Shown here piece by piece: positions 40,568 to 50,874 of a DNA stretch of 64,000 nt. Numbering within the stretch: the first letter of the stretch is position 1; each line of letters begins with the position of its first letter. The translations under genes and the position numbers were made by a program. The notes under the pieces were generated by a model. The model saw only the letters and a list, made by a program, of their open reading frames with translations. It ran no database searches and had not been told where the DNA came from. This DNA comes from Candidatus Hydrogenedentota bacterium. GTDB lineage: Bacteria > Hydrogenedentota > Hydrogenedentia > Hydrogenedentales > JAEUWI01. The stretch is from NCBI GenBank assembly GCA_034669905.1, contig JAXMOL010000006.1, positions 133,874 to 197,873 on the forward strand, read 5' to 3'.

Positions 40568-42193
40568 ATGAGTGAAGCGGAACCCACCCTGCGGGAAATG
40601 ACCGCAGCTATCCTGGTGCAGGAGGCCCGAATTCGAGAAGGGGGCGGGCGCCGGGGTAAACAACGACAACATAGCCTGGGGCGTCTCCTCGCCCGGGAGC
40701 GCATCGACCAACTCCTGGACGAGCCCGACCAGTTTCTGGAATTGGGACTCTGGGCGGCCTTTGAGATGTATCCCGACGTGGGCGATATCGCCGCGGCCGG
40801 GGTCGTGGCCGGGATTGGTCTCATTCACGACCGCCCGTGCATGGTGATTGCCAATGACGCCACGGTTAAGGCCGGGGCCTTTTTCCCCCAGACCTGTAAA
40901 AAGTTACTGCGGGCCCAGCGTATTGCCGCAGAAAACGATCTGCCCATCATCTACCTGGTAGATTCCTCCGGTGTCTATCTTCCCATGCAGGACGAGATAT
41001 TTCCAGACGAAGACGACTTCGGACGCATCTTCCGAAACAATGCGGTGCTGTCCGCCGAGGGCCTGCCGCAATTTGCGGCCATCATGGGCAACTGTATTGC
41101 CGGTGGGGCCTATTTGCCCGTACTGTGTGACAAAATTCTGATGACGGAGGGCAGTGGCTTGTACCTGGCCGGACCGGCGCTGGTGAAAGCCGCCATCGGC
41201 CAGGAGGCCGACCCGGAGGAATTGGGGGGCGCGACCATGCATGCGGAGATAAGCGGCACGGTGGATTTTAAGGAGCCGGATGATGAGTCCTGCCTGGCAC
41301 GAATCCGCAATCTGGTGGATTTGCTTCCGGAGGAGCGGTGGGGCTGGCGCGATAAGGGCGATGGGCATGTGCCCGCTGCAGATTCCGACGTGGTCTATGA
41401 CCTGATCGATCCCATGGGCCGGAAGGAGTACGACGCGCGGGATCTCATCGCGACCCTGGTAGACCAGGCATCGGAGAATGAATATAAGGCCGATTACGGG
41501 CAATCCCTGATAACGACCTACGCGAAAATTGGCGGCTTCCCGGTGGGGATTGTGGCCAATCAACGGAAGCGGTGTGTAACCGCTGCGGGGGAGGTGCAAA
41601 TCGGCGGGGTCATCTATGCCGACAGTGCCGACAAGGCGGCGCGCTTCGTCATGGACTGTAGCCATACCGGGATTCCCATTCTGTTCCTTCAGGATGTGGT
41701 CGGCTTTATGGTGGGGCGGGATTCGGAACAGGCCGGCGTCATTCGCAGTGGGGCGAAACTGGTCAATGCCCTCAGCAACGCCGTGGTACCGAAGATCACG
41801 GTGGTGGTGGGGGGGAGTTTTGGAGCAGGTAACTATGCCCTTTGCGGAAAGGCCTACGATCCCCGTTTTATCTTTGCCTGGCCCAATGCCCAGTATGCCG
41901 TGATGGGGGCGTCTCAGGCCTCCAACGTGATCTTTAATATCAACAAACGCAGTGCCGAGGCCCGGGCCGCGGCGTCGGGTGAAGCCCTCGATCACGAAGG
42001 CCTGGAAGGCTTGCGCAAGGAAATCCACGCGGGCTACACGCGGAAGACGGATATTCGCTACGGTGCGGCCCGTGGCTGGGTAGATGCCATCATTGCACCC
42101 CATGAGACACGCGAAACCCTCATCACCTGCCTGGGGCTCGTTTCCCGCGAACGCCCGACAAGCCGCTTCAAGACCGGTGTCATTCAATCCTGA
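40568..42193 (+). CDS. Acyl-CoA carboxylase carboxyltransferase subunit (MCC-beta/AtuC-like)
   Basis: ANDATVKAG, LVDSSG, CIAGGAY, GFMVG, GAGNY. Confidence 0.9.
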   Translation: MSEAEPTLREMTAAILVQEARIREGGGRRGKQRQHSLGRLLARERIDQLLDEPDQFLELGLWAAFEMYPDVGDIAAAGVVAGIGLIHDRPCMVIANDATVKAGAFFPQTCKKLLRAQRIAAENDLPIIYLVDSSGVYLPMQDEIFPDEDDFGRIFRNNAVLSAEGLPQFAAIMGNCIAGGAYLPVLCDKILMTEGSGLYLAGPALVKAAIGQEADPEELGGATMHAEISGTVDFKEPDDESCLARIRNLVDLLPEERWGWRDKGDGHVPAADSDVVYDLIDPMGRKEYDARDLIATLVDQASENEYKADYGQSLITTYAKIGGFPVGIVANQRKRCVTAAGEVQIGGVIYADSADKAARFVMDCSHTGIPILFLQDVVGFMVGRDSEQAGVIRSGAKLVNALSNAVVPKITVVVGGSFGAGNYALCGKAYDPRFIFAWPNAQYAVMGASQASNVIFNINKRSAEARAAASGEALDHEGLEGLRKEIHAGYTRKTDIRYGAARGWVDAIIAPHETRETLITCLGLVSRERPTSRFKTGVIQS

Positions 42194-42534
42194 TCCCGGT
42201 ACCCGCCATGGATGGCGTACCCCTCCCCCCCTTACGGGTTCCTCACACGACGATCATGCCGCCTGTACATTGGACCGGTATGGTGTAGCTAAATGGGTCG
42301 ATTACAGTACCTGTGCCCATCGCTAATCGAATAATCCCATAAAATATCGGGTCCATATGTAATGGATTTCTTACTTGCTTGAAACCATAAACTACATCTT
42401 GCCAAAAACAACTCGTTGATGCATACTGGATTTTCCCTGGTTGTGAGCTGGCAGGGTAAGTGTGTTGTCCCATGGACCTGAAGACACACTTAAGTGTATT
42501 CGTGGAACAAACTATATTAGGATTGGAAAGAACT

Positions 42535-43515
42535 GTGCGTAAAAAAGGCTTCACCCTCATCGAACTCCTGGTGGTAATCGCGATTATCGGAATCCTGGCC
42601 GCTATCTTGCTCCCTGCCCTGGCCCGTGCCCGGGAAGCAGCGCGCCGGGCCAGTTGTGCCAACAACCTCAAGCAGTGGGGCATCATCCTGAAGATGTATG
42701 CCAACGAATCCCGGGGAGAATACTTTCCCAACATGCAGGCTTCCTCCGCCGCAGAAACACCCAGTGGCCAACCCAACCGGGCCATGATGCCGGACGTCCA
42801 AGAGACCTACCCAGAATACATCAGCGATGTGGCGCTCTACATTTGTCCTTCCGATGCGGATCCTTCTCCCATGTACAACGACGATGGCTCCTCCATCTTC
42901 AGCAACATGGCCCCCGGCGTAAATAACTACGCGTATGAAAAGACAGACAACAGCTACACCTATCAGGCGTGGGTCCTGGACCAGTGCGGGGATGACGATC
43001 CCTCCGCGCCTGCCGTGCAGATTCGCTACCTCCAACCAGCTGGCGGCTCTTCTGAAAGTGCCTACACGGGTCCGAACGCGGCCTCGGCTTTTCAACCCGT
43101 CCAGTACCAGGAAGTCTACCTCCGTGTCTTTGACTACTGGTACGGCGGCTCTTTTGCTCCCAGCGGCTACAACAATGCGGGGCCCAAGGTGGACACGAGT
43201 TGGAAAAACAAGGACATTGGCGTGGCGGCGGGAGCCGGTAACGGCGGTGGCGACACGGTAATGCGCATGCGGGAAGGCATCGAGCGCTTTATGATCACCG
43301 ATATCAACAATGCCGGTGCTTCAGCCCAGGCGCAGAGTGACATCTTTGTGATGTATGACCTGCTCAATATCGACGCTTCTGGCTTTAACCACGTACCCGG
43401 TGGTGCCAACGTGCTCTACATGGATGGACACGTTGAATTCCTGAAGTATGGTTCCGAAGTGCCCCTCAATACCAACATGGCGTGGGCTGCTACGGGTACC
43501 AACGGCGTTAACTAA
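42535..43515 (+). CDS. DUF1559 prepilin-like protein with an H-X9-DG C-terminal motif
   Basis: [55 protein letters not shown]. Confidence 0.92.
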   Translation: MRKKGFTLIELLVVIAIIGILAAILLPALARAREAARRASCANNLKQWGIILKMYANESRGEYFPNMQASSAAETPSGQPNRAMMPDVQETYPEYISDVALYICPSDADPSPMYNDDGSSIFSNMAPGVNNYAYEKTDNSYTYQAWVLDQCGDDDPSAPAVQIRYLQPAGGSSESAYTGPNAASAFQPVQYQEVYLRVFDYWYGGSFAPSGYNNAGPKVDTSWKNKDIGVAAGAGNGGGDTVMRMREGIERFMITDINNAGASAQAQSDIFVMYDLLNIDASGFNHVPGGANVLYMDGHVEFLKYGSEVPLNTNMAWAATGTNGVN

Positions 43516-43532
43516 GACCCTGTTTTCCCCTT

Positions 43533-43568
43533 CGGGCTGCGTCGACCACGCGTTGACGCAGCCCGTTT
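43533..43568 (+). terminator. Hairpin or weak terminator after the DUF1559 gene
   Basis: CGGGCTGCGTC...GACGCAGCCCG-TTT. Confidence 0.6.
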
Positions 43569-43594
43569 CCTATATACAACGGAGGAACGACTCA

Positions 43595-44704
43595 ATGATC
43601 CGACCCAGGATACTTCAAAACGTACTCTTATGCCTTGCCGGGCTGGCGTACTTTCCCGTTGCCCCTGTGGCGGCAGAAGAGCCATGGCGTTTCGTCGCCT
43701 TCGGTGACAGTCGTGGTGGTAGTGAAGGCAGCGGCGTAAATACGCCCATCCTCTCCAAGCTCGTGACGGCCGTGTTGGCAGAGAAGCCGGCCTTTGTGGT
43801 ATTTCCGGGTGACCTCATTTATGGCCACGCAGACCGACAGGGCCTGGGGGATGAAGGGGCGCTCAAGGCCATGGAGGCCGAGCTCGAGGTCTGGCGCGCT
43901 ACGATGGACCCACTGTACAAGGCGGGCATTATGGTCTACCCGGTACGGGGTAACCATGAGACCACCCAGCGCAATCCGGACCACTCAGGTCATCCCGACC
44001 ACCGTCCCATCTGGCCCCGTACCAAGGAAACATGGGACGCGGTGCTTTCGGGTCCCTACGCCCTTCCCCAGAACGGGCCAGAGGGCGAAAAGAATGTGAC
44101 CTTCTCGATTACGCACCGCAATGCCTTCATCCTGGGCGTGGACCTCTACACCTACACCACGCCGGGCGCAAAACCCAACGCCGATGGGAGCATTCCTAAA
44201 GGGGTGCTCCATCAGGCGAATCAGCCCTGGGTGGAGGCCCAGCTTGCGACGAATGACAAGCCCCACGTGTTTTCTTTTGCCCATGAGCCAGCCTTTAAGG
44301 TGGACCATCGGGATTGCATGCACGGCGATGACTCTTGGGGCAACGACCTTTCGAAAGAGCGGGACCTGTTCTGGAACAGCCTTCGGGGTGCCGGTTCCCG
44401 CGTATTCTTCGCGGGGCACGACCATGGCTTTGCCCACGCGCGCATCGACGACGGCGATGGAGACGAAAGCAATGATATCCACCAACTGGTGGTGGGCACA
44501 GCGGGGGCGGGCAAGAACGTGTCGGCCAAGTATGATGGCTACAATGGTGCCTTTAATCCGATAGGGATTTCCGAGGGCCACGTCTATGGCTTCGTGGTGG
44601 TGGATATTGATGGTCCCAAGGTGAAACTCACTTTCCATAAGATGGTGGATGAAGAAACGCCTGCCTATGAAAAGGAAGTAATTCTGGAGTACAGCGTGAA
44701 GTAG
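43595..44704 (+). CDS. Secreted calcineurin-like metallophosphoesterase
   Basis: GDSR, GDL, GNHE, HEP and GHDH motifs; signal peptide. Confidence 0.88.
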   Translation: MIRPRILQNVLLCLAGLAYFPVAPVAAEEPWRFVAFGDSRGGSEGSGVNTPILSKLVTAVLAEKPAFVVFPGDLIYGHADRQGLGDEGALKAMEAELEVWRATMDPLYKAGIMVYPVRGNHETTQRNPDHSGHPDHRPIWPRTKETWDAVLSGPYALPQNGPEGEKNVTFSITHRNAFILGVDLYTYTTPGAKPNADGSIPKGVLHQANQPWVEAQLATNDKPHVFSFAHEPAFKVDHRDCMHGDDSWGNDLSKERDLFWNSLRGAGSRVFFAGHDHGFAHARIDDGDGDESNDIHQLVVGTAGAGKNVSAKYDGYNGAFNPIGISEGHVYGFVVVDIDGPKVKLTFHKMVDEETPAYEKEVILEYSVK

Positions 44705-44850
44705 GAGATTTGCTCGAAAGGTTTCCTATGGGCGGGTCTGGGTAAACTCCCGGCCCGCTTTGCTATTATGAGGTTCGGTGAGTTTGCGTTGGTGTAGCAC
44801 GGTGGGTGCCATCGAGGCGACTGGGAAGATTGAATTCGAGGACAATGGTC

Positions 44851-46200
44851 ATGGCGCGAATCATACGTATCGGCAATGCCCAGGGCTTCTGGGGGGATAG
44901 TGTGGATGCCCCTGCCCGCCTGGTCCGGCAGCAGCCCGATCTGGATTACCTCACCCTGGACTATCTGGCGGAGGTCTCGTTGAGCATTCTCGCCTTGCAA
45001 CGTTCCCGGGACAAAAGCCTGGGATACGCGCGGGACTTTCTCGGGGTCGTGTCCCAGCTGATTCCGCTGTGGCAGGCGGGAAGGGCCACCAAAATCGTGT
45101 GCAACGCCGGCGGGCTCAATCTCATGGGGTGCGCCACGGCCTGTATGGCGCTGCTCCAGGAAGCCGGGCTGCAGTTGCGCGTCGGTGTGGTGACGGGGGA
45201 TGATGTATTGTCGCAAATTCAAGCAGACGCAGGTTGCCCCACCTTCGCAAACTGGGAGACGGGCGAATCGGTTTCGGACGTGGCCGATGGGCTGATGACG
45301 GCCCATGCCTATATTGGTGCGGAACCCGTGGCGGAGGCCCTGGCCCAAGGGGCGGACGTGGTCATTACGGGACGGGTCGCTGACCCGAGCCTGACGGCGG
45401 GCATTGCGCAACACGAGTTCGGTTGGTCGTCGACAGACTATGACCGATTGGCGGCGGCGACTGTCGGCGGTCATCTTCTGGAATGCGGCACCCAGGTCTG
45501 TGGGGGGATCTCCACAGACTGGCTCGCGATGCCCGATCCCGCGAATATGGGCTTTCCCGTCATTGAGCTGTCAGAAGAGGGCGCGCTGGTGGTGACGAAG
45601 CCCGCCGGTACGGGCGGCGCCGTGACGGCGTGGACGGTGAAGGAGCAGTTGCTCTATGAGATTGGGGATCCCCGAAACTATTTGAGTCCCGATTGTCGCG
45701 TCGATTTTACGACCCTGAGTGTCGAGGATCTGGGTGATGACCGGGTGGCGGTTTCCGGGGCGACAGGCAGTGCGCCGACGGATACTTATAAGGTGAGCGC
45801 CACCCACCGGGATGGCTACTGGGCCCACGGCACCTTGACGATCTTCGGTCGCGATGCGGTCGCCAAGGCGCAGCGGTGCGGTGAGATTATATTCGAGCGG
45901 CTCCGTCAGGCCGGCTATGTATATCCCCGAAAAAATATTGAATGCCTCGGGAGCAACGCCATCGCGCCGGGGGTATTGGCCCCGCAAGAGTGCCGTGAGA
46001 TCGTGCTTCGCGTGGGTGTGGCTCACGAGGATAAAGATGCGGTAGAGCGCTTTGCCAGGGAAATCGCGCCCCTGGTCACCAGTGGTCCCCAAGGCACGAC
46101 GGGGTATGCCGGGGGACGTCCACGGGTCACGCCGGTATTCGGCTACTGGCCCTGTCTGATTGCGCGGGACCGCGTAACGGTGAAGGTAAACGTCTTATGA
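44851..46200 (+). CDS. atuA: AtuA/DUF1446-family protein (N-terminal portion)
   Basis: RIGNAQGFWGD, DYLAE, GRVAD, GHLLECG.Q, KEQLLYEI. Confidence 0.88.
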   Translation: MARIIRIGNAQGFWGDSVDAPARLVRQQPDLDYLTLDYLAEVSLSILALQRSRDKSLGYARDFLGVVSQLIPLWQAGRATKIVCNAGGLNLMGCATACMALLQEAGLQLRVGVVTGDDVLSQIQADAGCPTFANWETGESVSDVADGLMTAHAYIGAEPVAEALAQGADVVITGRVADPSLTAGIAQHEFGWSSTDYDRLAAATVGGHLLECGTQVCGGISTDWLAMPDPANMGFPVIELSEEGALVVTKPAGTGGAVTAWTVKEQLLYEIGDPRNYLSPDCRVDFTTLSVEDLGDDRVAVSGATGSAPTDTYKVSATHRDGYWAHGTLTIFGRDAVAKAQRCGEIIFERLRQAGYVYPRKNIECLGSNAIAPGVLAPQECREIVLRVGVAHEDKDAVERFAREIAPLVTSGPQGTTGYAGGRPRVTPVFGYWPCLIARDRVTVKVNVL

Positions 46201-46496
46201 AGCTCTATGAAATCGCCCACGCACGGAGTGGGGACAAAGGTCGGGGTGCCAACATTGGGGTGCTTGCCCATTCCGATGGAGACTATCACTACCTGTTGGA
46301 GCACCTGACGGCGGCACGCGTACAGGACTATTTCGCGGCCATGATCCCTGGCGACGTGGTGCGCTATGAGCTGCCCAATCTGAACGCGCTGAACTTCGTC
46401 TTGCCGACCATACTCGATGGTGGTGGGAGCCGGAGCTTGCGCGTGGATGCCCAGGGAAAAGCCCTGGGACAGGTGCTGCTGGAGATGGAGTTGTAG
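46197..46496 (+). CDS. Small protein matching the AtuA C-terminal domain
   Basis: AHARSGDKG..ANIG, RYELPNL.ALNF, LDGGG..SLR.D.QGK; ATGA overlap with the upstream gene. Confidence 0.85.
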   Translation: MKLYEIAHARSGDKGRGANIGVLAHSDGDYHYLLEHLTAARVQDYFAAMIPGDVVRYELPNLNALNFVLPTILDGGGSRSLRVDAQGKALGQVLLEMEL

Positions 46497-46619
46497 GGCG
46501 CCCGTCTCCGATTCTGAACCTTGCGTGCGTGAAAACCCCTTATTTTACAGGGGTTTCGTGGTATAATCCCTCTTGTTGCGAAGCGGTGTGCAGTCTGGGG
46601 TAACAAGAGGAGTATGTGT

Positions 46620-47747
46620 ATGTTTCGAATCGTTGCGAGTTTTTCCACAGTGGTCGTTCTGGTGGCGCTGATTGGTCTGTCGGGCTGTCCGCAAACCACG
46701 CCCACACCGGCGGGAGAAGGAAAAGCGATTACCCTCATAACCGCAAGTGGAAATGAAAAAATGGGTGGTGGTCCTGTTGAGCTGAGTGAAATATTAAGTC
46801 TCGAATTGACGGTTACGGAAATCAATCTCGACTATGCGGGAAATTCCGCAGCTGAAGGAGAAGGGGAAGGAGAAGGGGAGTCAGAAGATGACACCTTCGA
46901 CGGGGATACCGTCACCGTTTTCTCGGGTAATCTCGAGATTGATCTTCTGAATCTCACCGATATTTCCGAAATATTATCGGAATCGGATGTGCCCGCTGGA
47001 CGGTATACGAAGGTGCGTATCAGTATTGCCAACCCGCGACTCATTCTGGCGAGCGATCCCGACACGGTCATTACCGACGTCCACCTGACGGCCAACAACC
47101 GACTCTTTGTATCCCAGTCTTTTGAGGTGCCAGAAGGGCAAACGAGTCTTATTGTTCTCGACTTGGGCAGTATCGCGCTCCGTGCCCAGGGCAATGGCGG
47201 GTTTACGCTGACGCCCCAATTGCGGGTGGATATTTCCATCACCAATGCCGAGGCCACGGTGATGGGCACGATTTCGGCATTGAACACCGATACGAATATG
47301 CTGACGCTCGCGTTGGAAGAGGGGAGTATAGATATCGTCTATAGCGATACCACGCCCATCGCGTTGCCCGGTGATCCCGTAGATGCACCGTCGGGTATGG
47401 AGAGCGACCTCGTGATAGGCCAGACGATTTCTGTCTTTGGCACGTTGATGGTGGACGGTTCCATGTCCGGTGAATCCATACTCATCATGGACATGGTCGG
47501 CGGCGAAGGCGAAGGCGAAGGCGAAGGAGAAGGAGAAGGAGAAGGAGAAGGAGAAGGAGAAGGAGAAGGAGAAGGAGAAGGAGAAGGTGAAGGTGAAGGT
47601 GAAGGTGAAGGTGAAGGTGAAGGTGAAGGTGAAGGTGAAGGTGAAGGTGAAGGTGAAGGTGAAGGCGAAGGCGAAGGTGAAGGTGAAGGTGAAGGTGAAG
47701 GCGAAGGCGAAGGTGAAGGTGAAGGTGAACTAAGCAGTACCCGTTAG
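46620..47747 (+). CDS. DUF4382-like lipoprotein with a (GE)38 tail
   Basis: LSGC lipobox; IDLLNL and VPAGRYTKVRI; C-terminal GE tract. Confidence 0.7.
   Translation: MFRIVASFSTVVVLVALIGLSGCPQTTPTPAGEGKAITLITASGNEKMGGGPVELSEILSLELTVTEINLDYAGNSAAEGEGEGEGESEDDTFDGDTVTVFSGNLEIDLLNLTDISEILSESDVPAGRYTKVRISIANPRLILASDPDTVITDVHLTANNRLFVSQSFEVPEGQTSLIVLDLGSIALRAQGNGGFTLTPQLRVDISITNAEATVMGTISALNTDTNMLTLALEEGSIDIVYSDTTPIALPGDPVDAPSGMESDLVIGQTISVFGTLMVDGSMSGESILIMDMVGGEGEGEGEGEGEGEGEGEGEGEGEGEGEGEGEGEGEGEGEGEGEGEGEGEGEGEGEGEGEGEGEGEGEGEGEGEGELSSTR
47502..47729 (+). repeat. Coding hexanucleotide repeat (GGNGAA)38
   Basis: Blocks of GGCGAA, GGAGAA and GGTGAA. Confidence 0.95.
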
Positions 47748-47776
47748 TTACTGGGCCAAGTAATTTAGAAACAGGC

Positions 47777-47811
47777 AGAACGCCGGGAACCGCGGTTCCC
47801 GGCGTTCTTTT
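47777..47811 (+). terminator. Intrinsic terminator
   Basis: AGAACGCCGGGAACC-gc-GGTTCCCGGCGTTCT-TTT. Confidence 0.85.
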
Positions 47812-47876
47812 GCGTTCGGTGGATTGAGTCGGCGCGAAGGGGCAGCGCGATTCCGCGAGCCGCCACGGTCAGGCGC

Positions 47877-49355
47877 TCAGGGTCGGGAGACCGTTTCCTG
47901 AGTGAGCACATCTTCATTGACCACTTCGCCGGCCACGTTGTAGTGGCGGAGAATCAGCACTGGCGCGTCGTCCCGTCGTTCGGCGGTGCAGGTCATGAAG
48001 CCCCCGATGATGTTCAAATATTGATGCATGGGTTCACGGAGGTCCATGCGGAATCCTCCGGCATGGAGGTCGGACGTAGGCCCGCTACTGTACTCGCGCA
48101 GGCCCGTCTTGGGGTCGATGCTGACATACTGCCAATGCCGGTCTCCGCAAAGCACCACCATGTTCTTCTGCGAGGCCATAAAGTCTCGCAGTTCGTTGCC
48201 TTCATGGGCAAAGGCTTCATTGGAGTGATTGTCGTTCTTGCCCGTTTTACGGTCGGGACCGACCACCGGCGTGGGGCTGATGAGCACACGGAAGGCGGCA
48301 TCGGAGGCGCGGACGGTCTCTTTGAACCACGCCATTTGTTCGCGGCCCCAGATGGTCTTATCCGGTCCGTCCGGATCCGTGTTGGGGCTGCGATAGTCCC
48401 GTCCTTCCACGAGCCATATCTGGAGGTCTTTCCCCCAACGAATGGTGCGATAGGGCTTTTTGCGGTCGGGCCCGGGGACTTGCTCGAAGAAGATGTTGAC
48501 GCCATCCGCGTAAGTCAGTTCGCCCATCTTCTTGTTGTCCATCGTGGGCCAGCAATCGTTCTGCCAGGTCTCGTGATCGTCCCGCAGGAAATAGCTGCTG
48601 ACCTTGTTGTGGAAGGCGCGCTGGAAGGGGAGGGCATACATGCGGTTCCATTTGTGTCGGGCCTGGGCCACGTCCACCGACCAAGGGCCGGCTTTATCGA
48701 AGTAGACCACATCGCCCGTGTGTACAAAAAAATGGGGATCGAGGGCTTCCATGACGGGATATATTTTGTGGCCATTCACGTCATCATCGCGCCGCCAGAA
48801 CTCCTGTCCCGTTACCACCGCAAAGGAAACGGCGGTCGCTATGTCGGGACGGGGGGCGGTGCGAAAGGTGCCCCGGACCTGGTGACTCGGTACCCCGGCA
48901 CCGGGAACCCGTGCATCCACGATGCATTCATAGCGCGTGTTGGGCTTTAAGCCAGCCAGGTGAAACTGGTGGGTAAAGTCCGATGCACTGGAAACGGTGG
49001 CCCATTCGCTGGTCACCGACATGTTGCGCGTTTCTTCGGGCCAATAGTTGAGCCGTACTTCTCCCGGGGCCCCGGGGAGGGCGTAGGCCATGTCATCAAT
49101 GGTCTTTCCGGCGGGAATCTGGGGCGCGTCGAAGCGAATGCCATCGCCCACTTTCTTCGGGGATTTCTTTGACCAGGGGATGCCGTCGGCACTGATGTCG
49201 GGTTTCGCCGTAAGGCGGGCCCAGATGATGATGGAATTCTGCGTGGGCTCACCCGACTTGATGCCGTTGCCCAGCCAGGGGCCGTCGGCCTGGGCGGGGA
49301 CGAGCCCCCCAAGGACAGCGAGAGAGAAAAGTAGGGTGATTAGATTTCTTGGCAT
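47877..49355 (-). CDS. PhoD-family alkaline phosphatase/phosphodiesterase
   Basis: Signal peptide; HTGDVVY.D, DDHE, GRDYRS, GDRH. Confidence 0.85.
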   Translation of the reverse strand: MPRNLITLLFSLAVLGGLVPAQADGPWLGNGIKSGEPTQNSIIIWARLTAKPDISADGIPWSKKSPKKVGDGIRFDAPQIPAGKTIDDMAYALPGAPGEVRLNYWPEETRNMSVTSEWATVSSASDFTHQFHLAGLKPNTRYECIVDARVPGAGVPSHQVRGTFRTAPRPDIATAVSFAVVTGQEFWRRDDDVNGHKIYPVMEALDPHFFVHTGDVVYFDKAGPWSVDVAQARHKWNRMYALPFQRAFHNKVSSYFLRDDHETWQNDCWPTMDNKKMGELTYADGVNIFFEQVPGPDRKKPYRTIRWGKDLQIWLVEGRDYRSPNTDPDGPDKTIWGREQMAWFKETVRASDAAFRVLISPTPVVGPDRKTGKNDNHSNEAFAHEGNELRDFMASQKNMVVLCGDRHWQYVSIDPKTGLREYSSGPTSDLHAGGFRMDLREPMHQYLNIIGGFMTCTAERRDDAPVLILRHYNVAGEVVNEDVLTQETVSRP

Positions 49356-49675
49356 GACCGTGATACTCCCGGTGGTTTTGAAGGTTCGGGGGTCAGTGTA
49401 GCATGGCCACTGCGTCGCGGCGCAACGGGGCCATGGGATGGTGTGCGGAGCGTGTGCCCTTCACGGGATGGTGCAACGACGCCGGTGTTTCAGGTGCACA
49501 AATTGCACCTGACCCGTTTAAACGCGGGTGGAGAAGAGCGGGCGGCTCGTGCGGCATCAAACAGCGTGAGCGACAAGAGTGTCTCCCACCTTCTTCCCAT
49601 AACCGCCGAGAAAGGTTCATGGGTAATTAGTGGGTACCAACAAAAACTTCCTCCGCAAAGACGAACTACACCCAA

Positions 49676-49747
49676 CAATCGTGCCGTGCGATCCGGTATT
49701 CCCGGTTCGTGCGCGGGTTGGGAGCTACCATTAGATCGCGCGGCACG
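49676..49747. repeat. Second copy of the REP-like palindrome seen at 17.7 kb
   Basis: CAATCGTGCCGTGCGATC ... AGATCGCGCGGCACG. Confidence 0.7.
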
Positions 49748-49877
49748 TCCAGGACTTACGGTGTTATCTGCAAAAAAAATGTGTGGCGACATGTTTTACA
49801 AAAAAACATGGCACCAAGCGCTTAGCTCCGGCACATGTATGTTCGACTAATTCCCCCCAATTATTGCTCATAAACCC

Positions 49878-49909
49878 AAAAAAGCCCCCCGACAGGTGGG
49901 CCGGGGGGC
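49878..49909 (-). terminator. Terminator of fabG
   Basis: AAAAAGCCCCCCG...CGGGGGGC, giving a hairpin plus T-tract on the minus strand. Confidence 0.7.
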
Positions 49910-49935
49910 GGGAGTGTTCCAGGGGGGGCTGTGGC

Positions 49936-50670
49936 CTACATGCCAATACCACCGTCCACGCTCAGGGTCGCGCCGGTGATGTAGCCCGCTTCGGGGGAGG
50001 CGAGGAAGACTACCGCACTGGCGATATCAGCGGGGGTGCCGACCCGTTTCATGGGGATGTGGTCCACGATAGCGGCGGTCGCTTTTTCACCGAGTTCGGC
50101 GGTCATGTCGGTGGCGATGTATCCGGGGGCCACCACGTTGACCGTGATGTTCCGTGCAGCCACTTCCTGGGCATAGGATTTGGTGAAGCCAATCATGCCG
50201 GCCTTGGCAGCGGCATAGTTGGTCTGACCGGCCTGGCCCCGGATGCCTACCACGGAGCTGATGTTGATGATGCGGCCATAGCGCGCTTTCAACATGGACT
50301 TCGCGGCGGCGCGGCAGGTGTAGAAGGCGCTGCTGAGATTGGTCTGGATGACGTCGGCCCATTGGTCATCCTTCATCCGCATGAGGAGGCCGTCCTTCGT
50401 GATGCCCGCGTTGTTGACGAGGACCTGGATGGTGCCCAGGTCTTCGGTGACCTTGGCGATGAGGGCGTCGACCGATTCGGCGGAGGAGATGTCACAGGCA
50501 TAGCCGTGGACATTCTCGCCAATTTCGGAGGCGACTTTCTCGGCGGATTCCTGGCTGCGGCCACAGAGGGCGACTTTGGCGCCGAGGGCGGCGAATTGCT
50601 CTACGCAGGCCCGTCCGATACCCCGGGTGCCCCCGGTGACCAAAACGATTGCGTCCTTAAGGTTGCTCAT
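49936..50670 (-). CDS. fabG: 3-oxoacyl-ACP reductase
   Basis: TGGTRGIG, NNAGITKD, NYAAAK; fab-cluster context. Confidence 0.95.
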   Translation of the reverse strand: MSNLKDAIVLVTGGTRGIGRACVEQFAALGAKVALCGRSQESAEKVASEIGENVHGYACDISSAESVDALIAKVTEDLGTIQVLVNNAGITKDGLLMRMKDDQWADVIQTNLSSAFYTCRAAAKSMLKARYGRIINISSVVGIRGQAGQTNYAAAKAGMIGFTKSYAQEVAARNITVNVVAPGYIATDMTAELGEKATAAIVDHIPMKRVGTPADIASAVVFLASPEAGYITGATLSVDGGIGM

Positions 50671-50874
50671 TGCTGAGACTCCTTTCATTCTGTCTGCTGT
50701 CCGGATCACCGGGCGTTGAAGGCGAAGCCAAACGCGGTGGACTCAGGACAGTAATTTCATATGGTGGACCATCCACCGTCAATACCAGAAAAAACTGGGA
50801 AACTTCTCTTTGCGTAAGAAAAGATTCCCAGGGGTGCATAAAACTTGTGATAGCGGTCAATGCCGCTGTGCCAA

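Noticed and set aside
47470..47733. ORF encoding poly-KA/KE/KV
   Set aside because: An alternative frame of the (GGNGAA)n tract; the GE frame is continuous with the lipoprotein.
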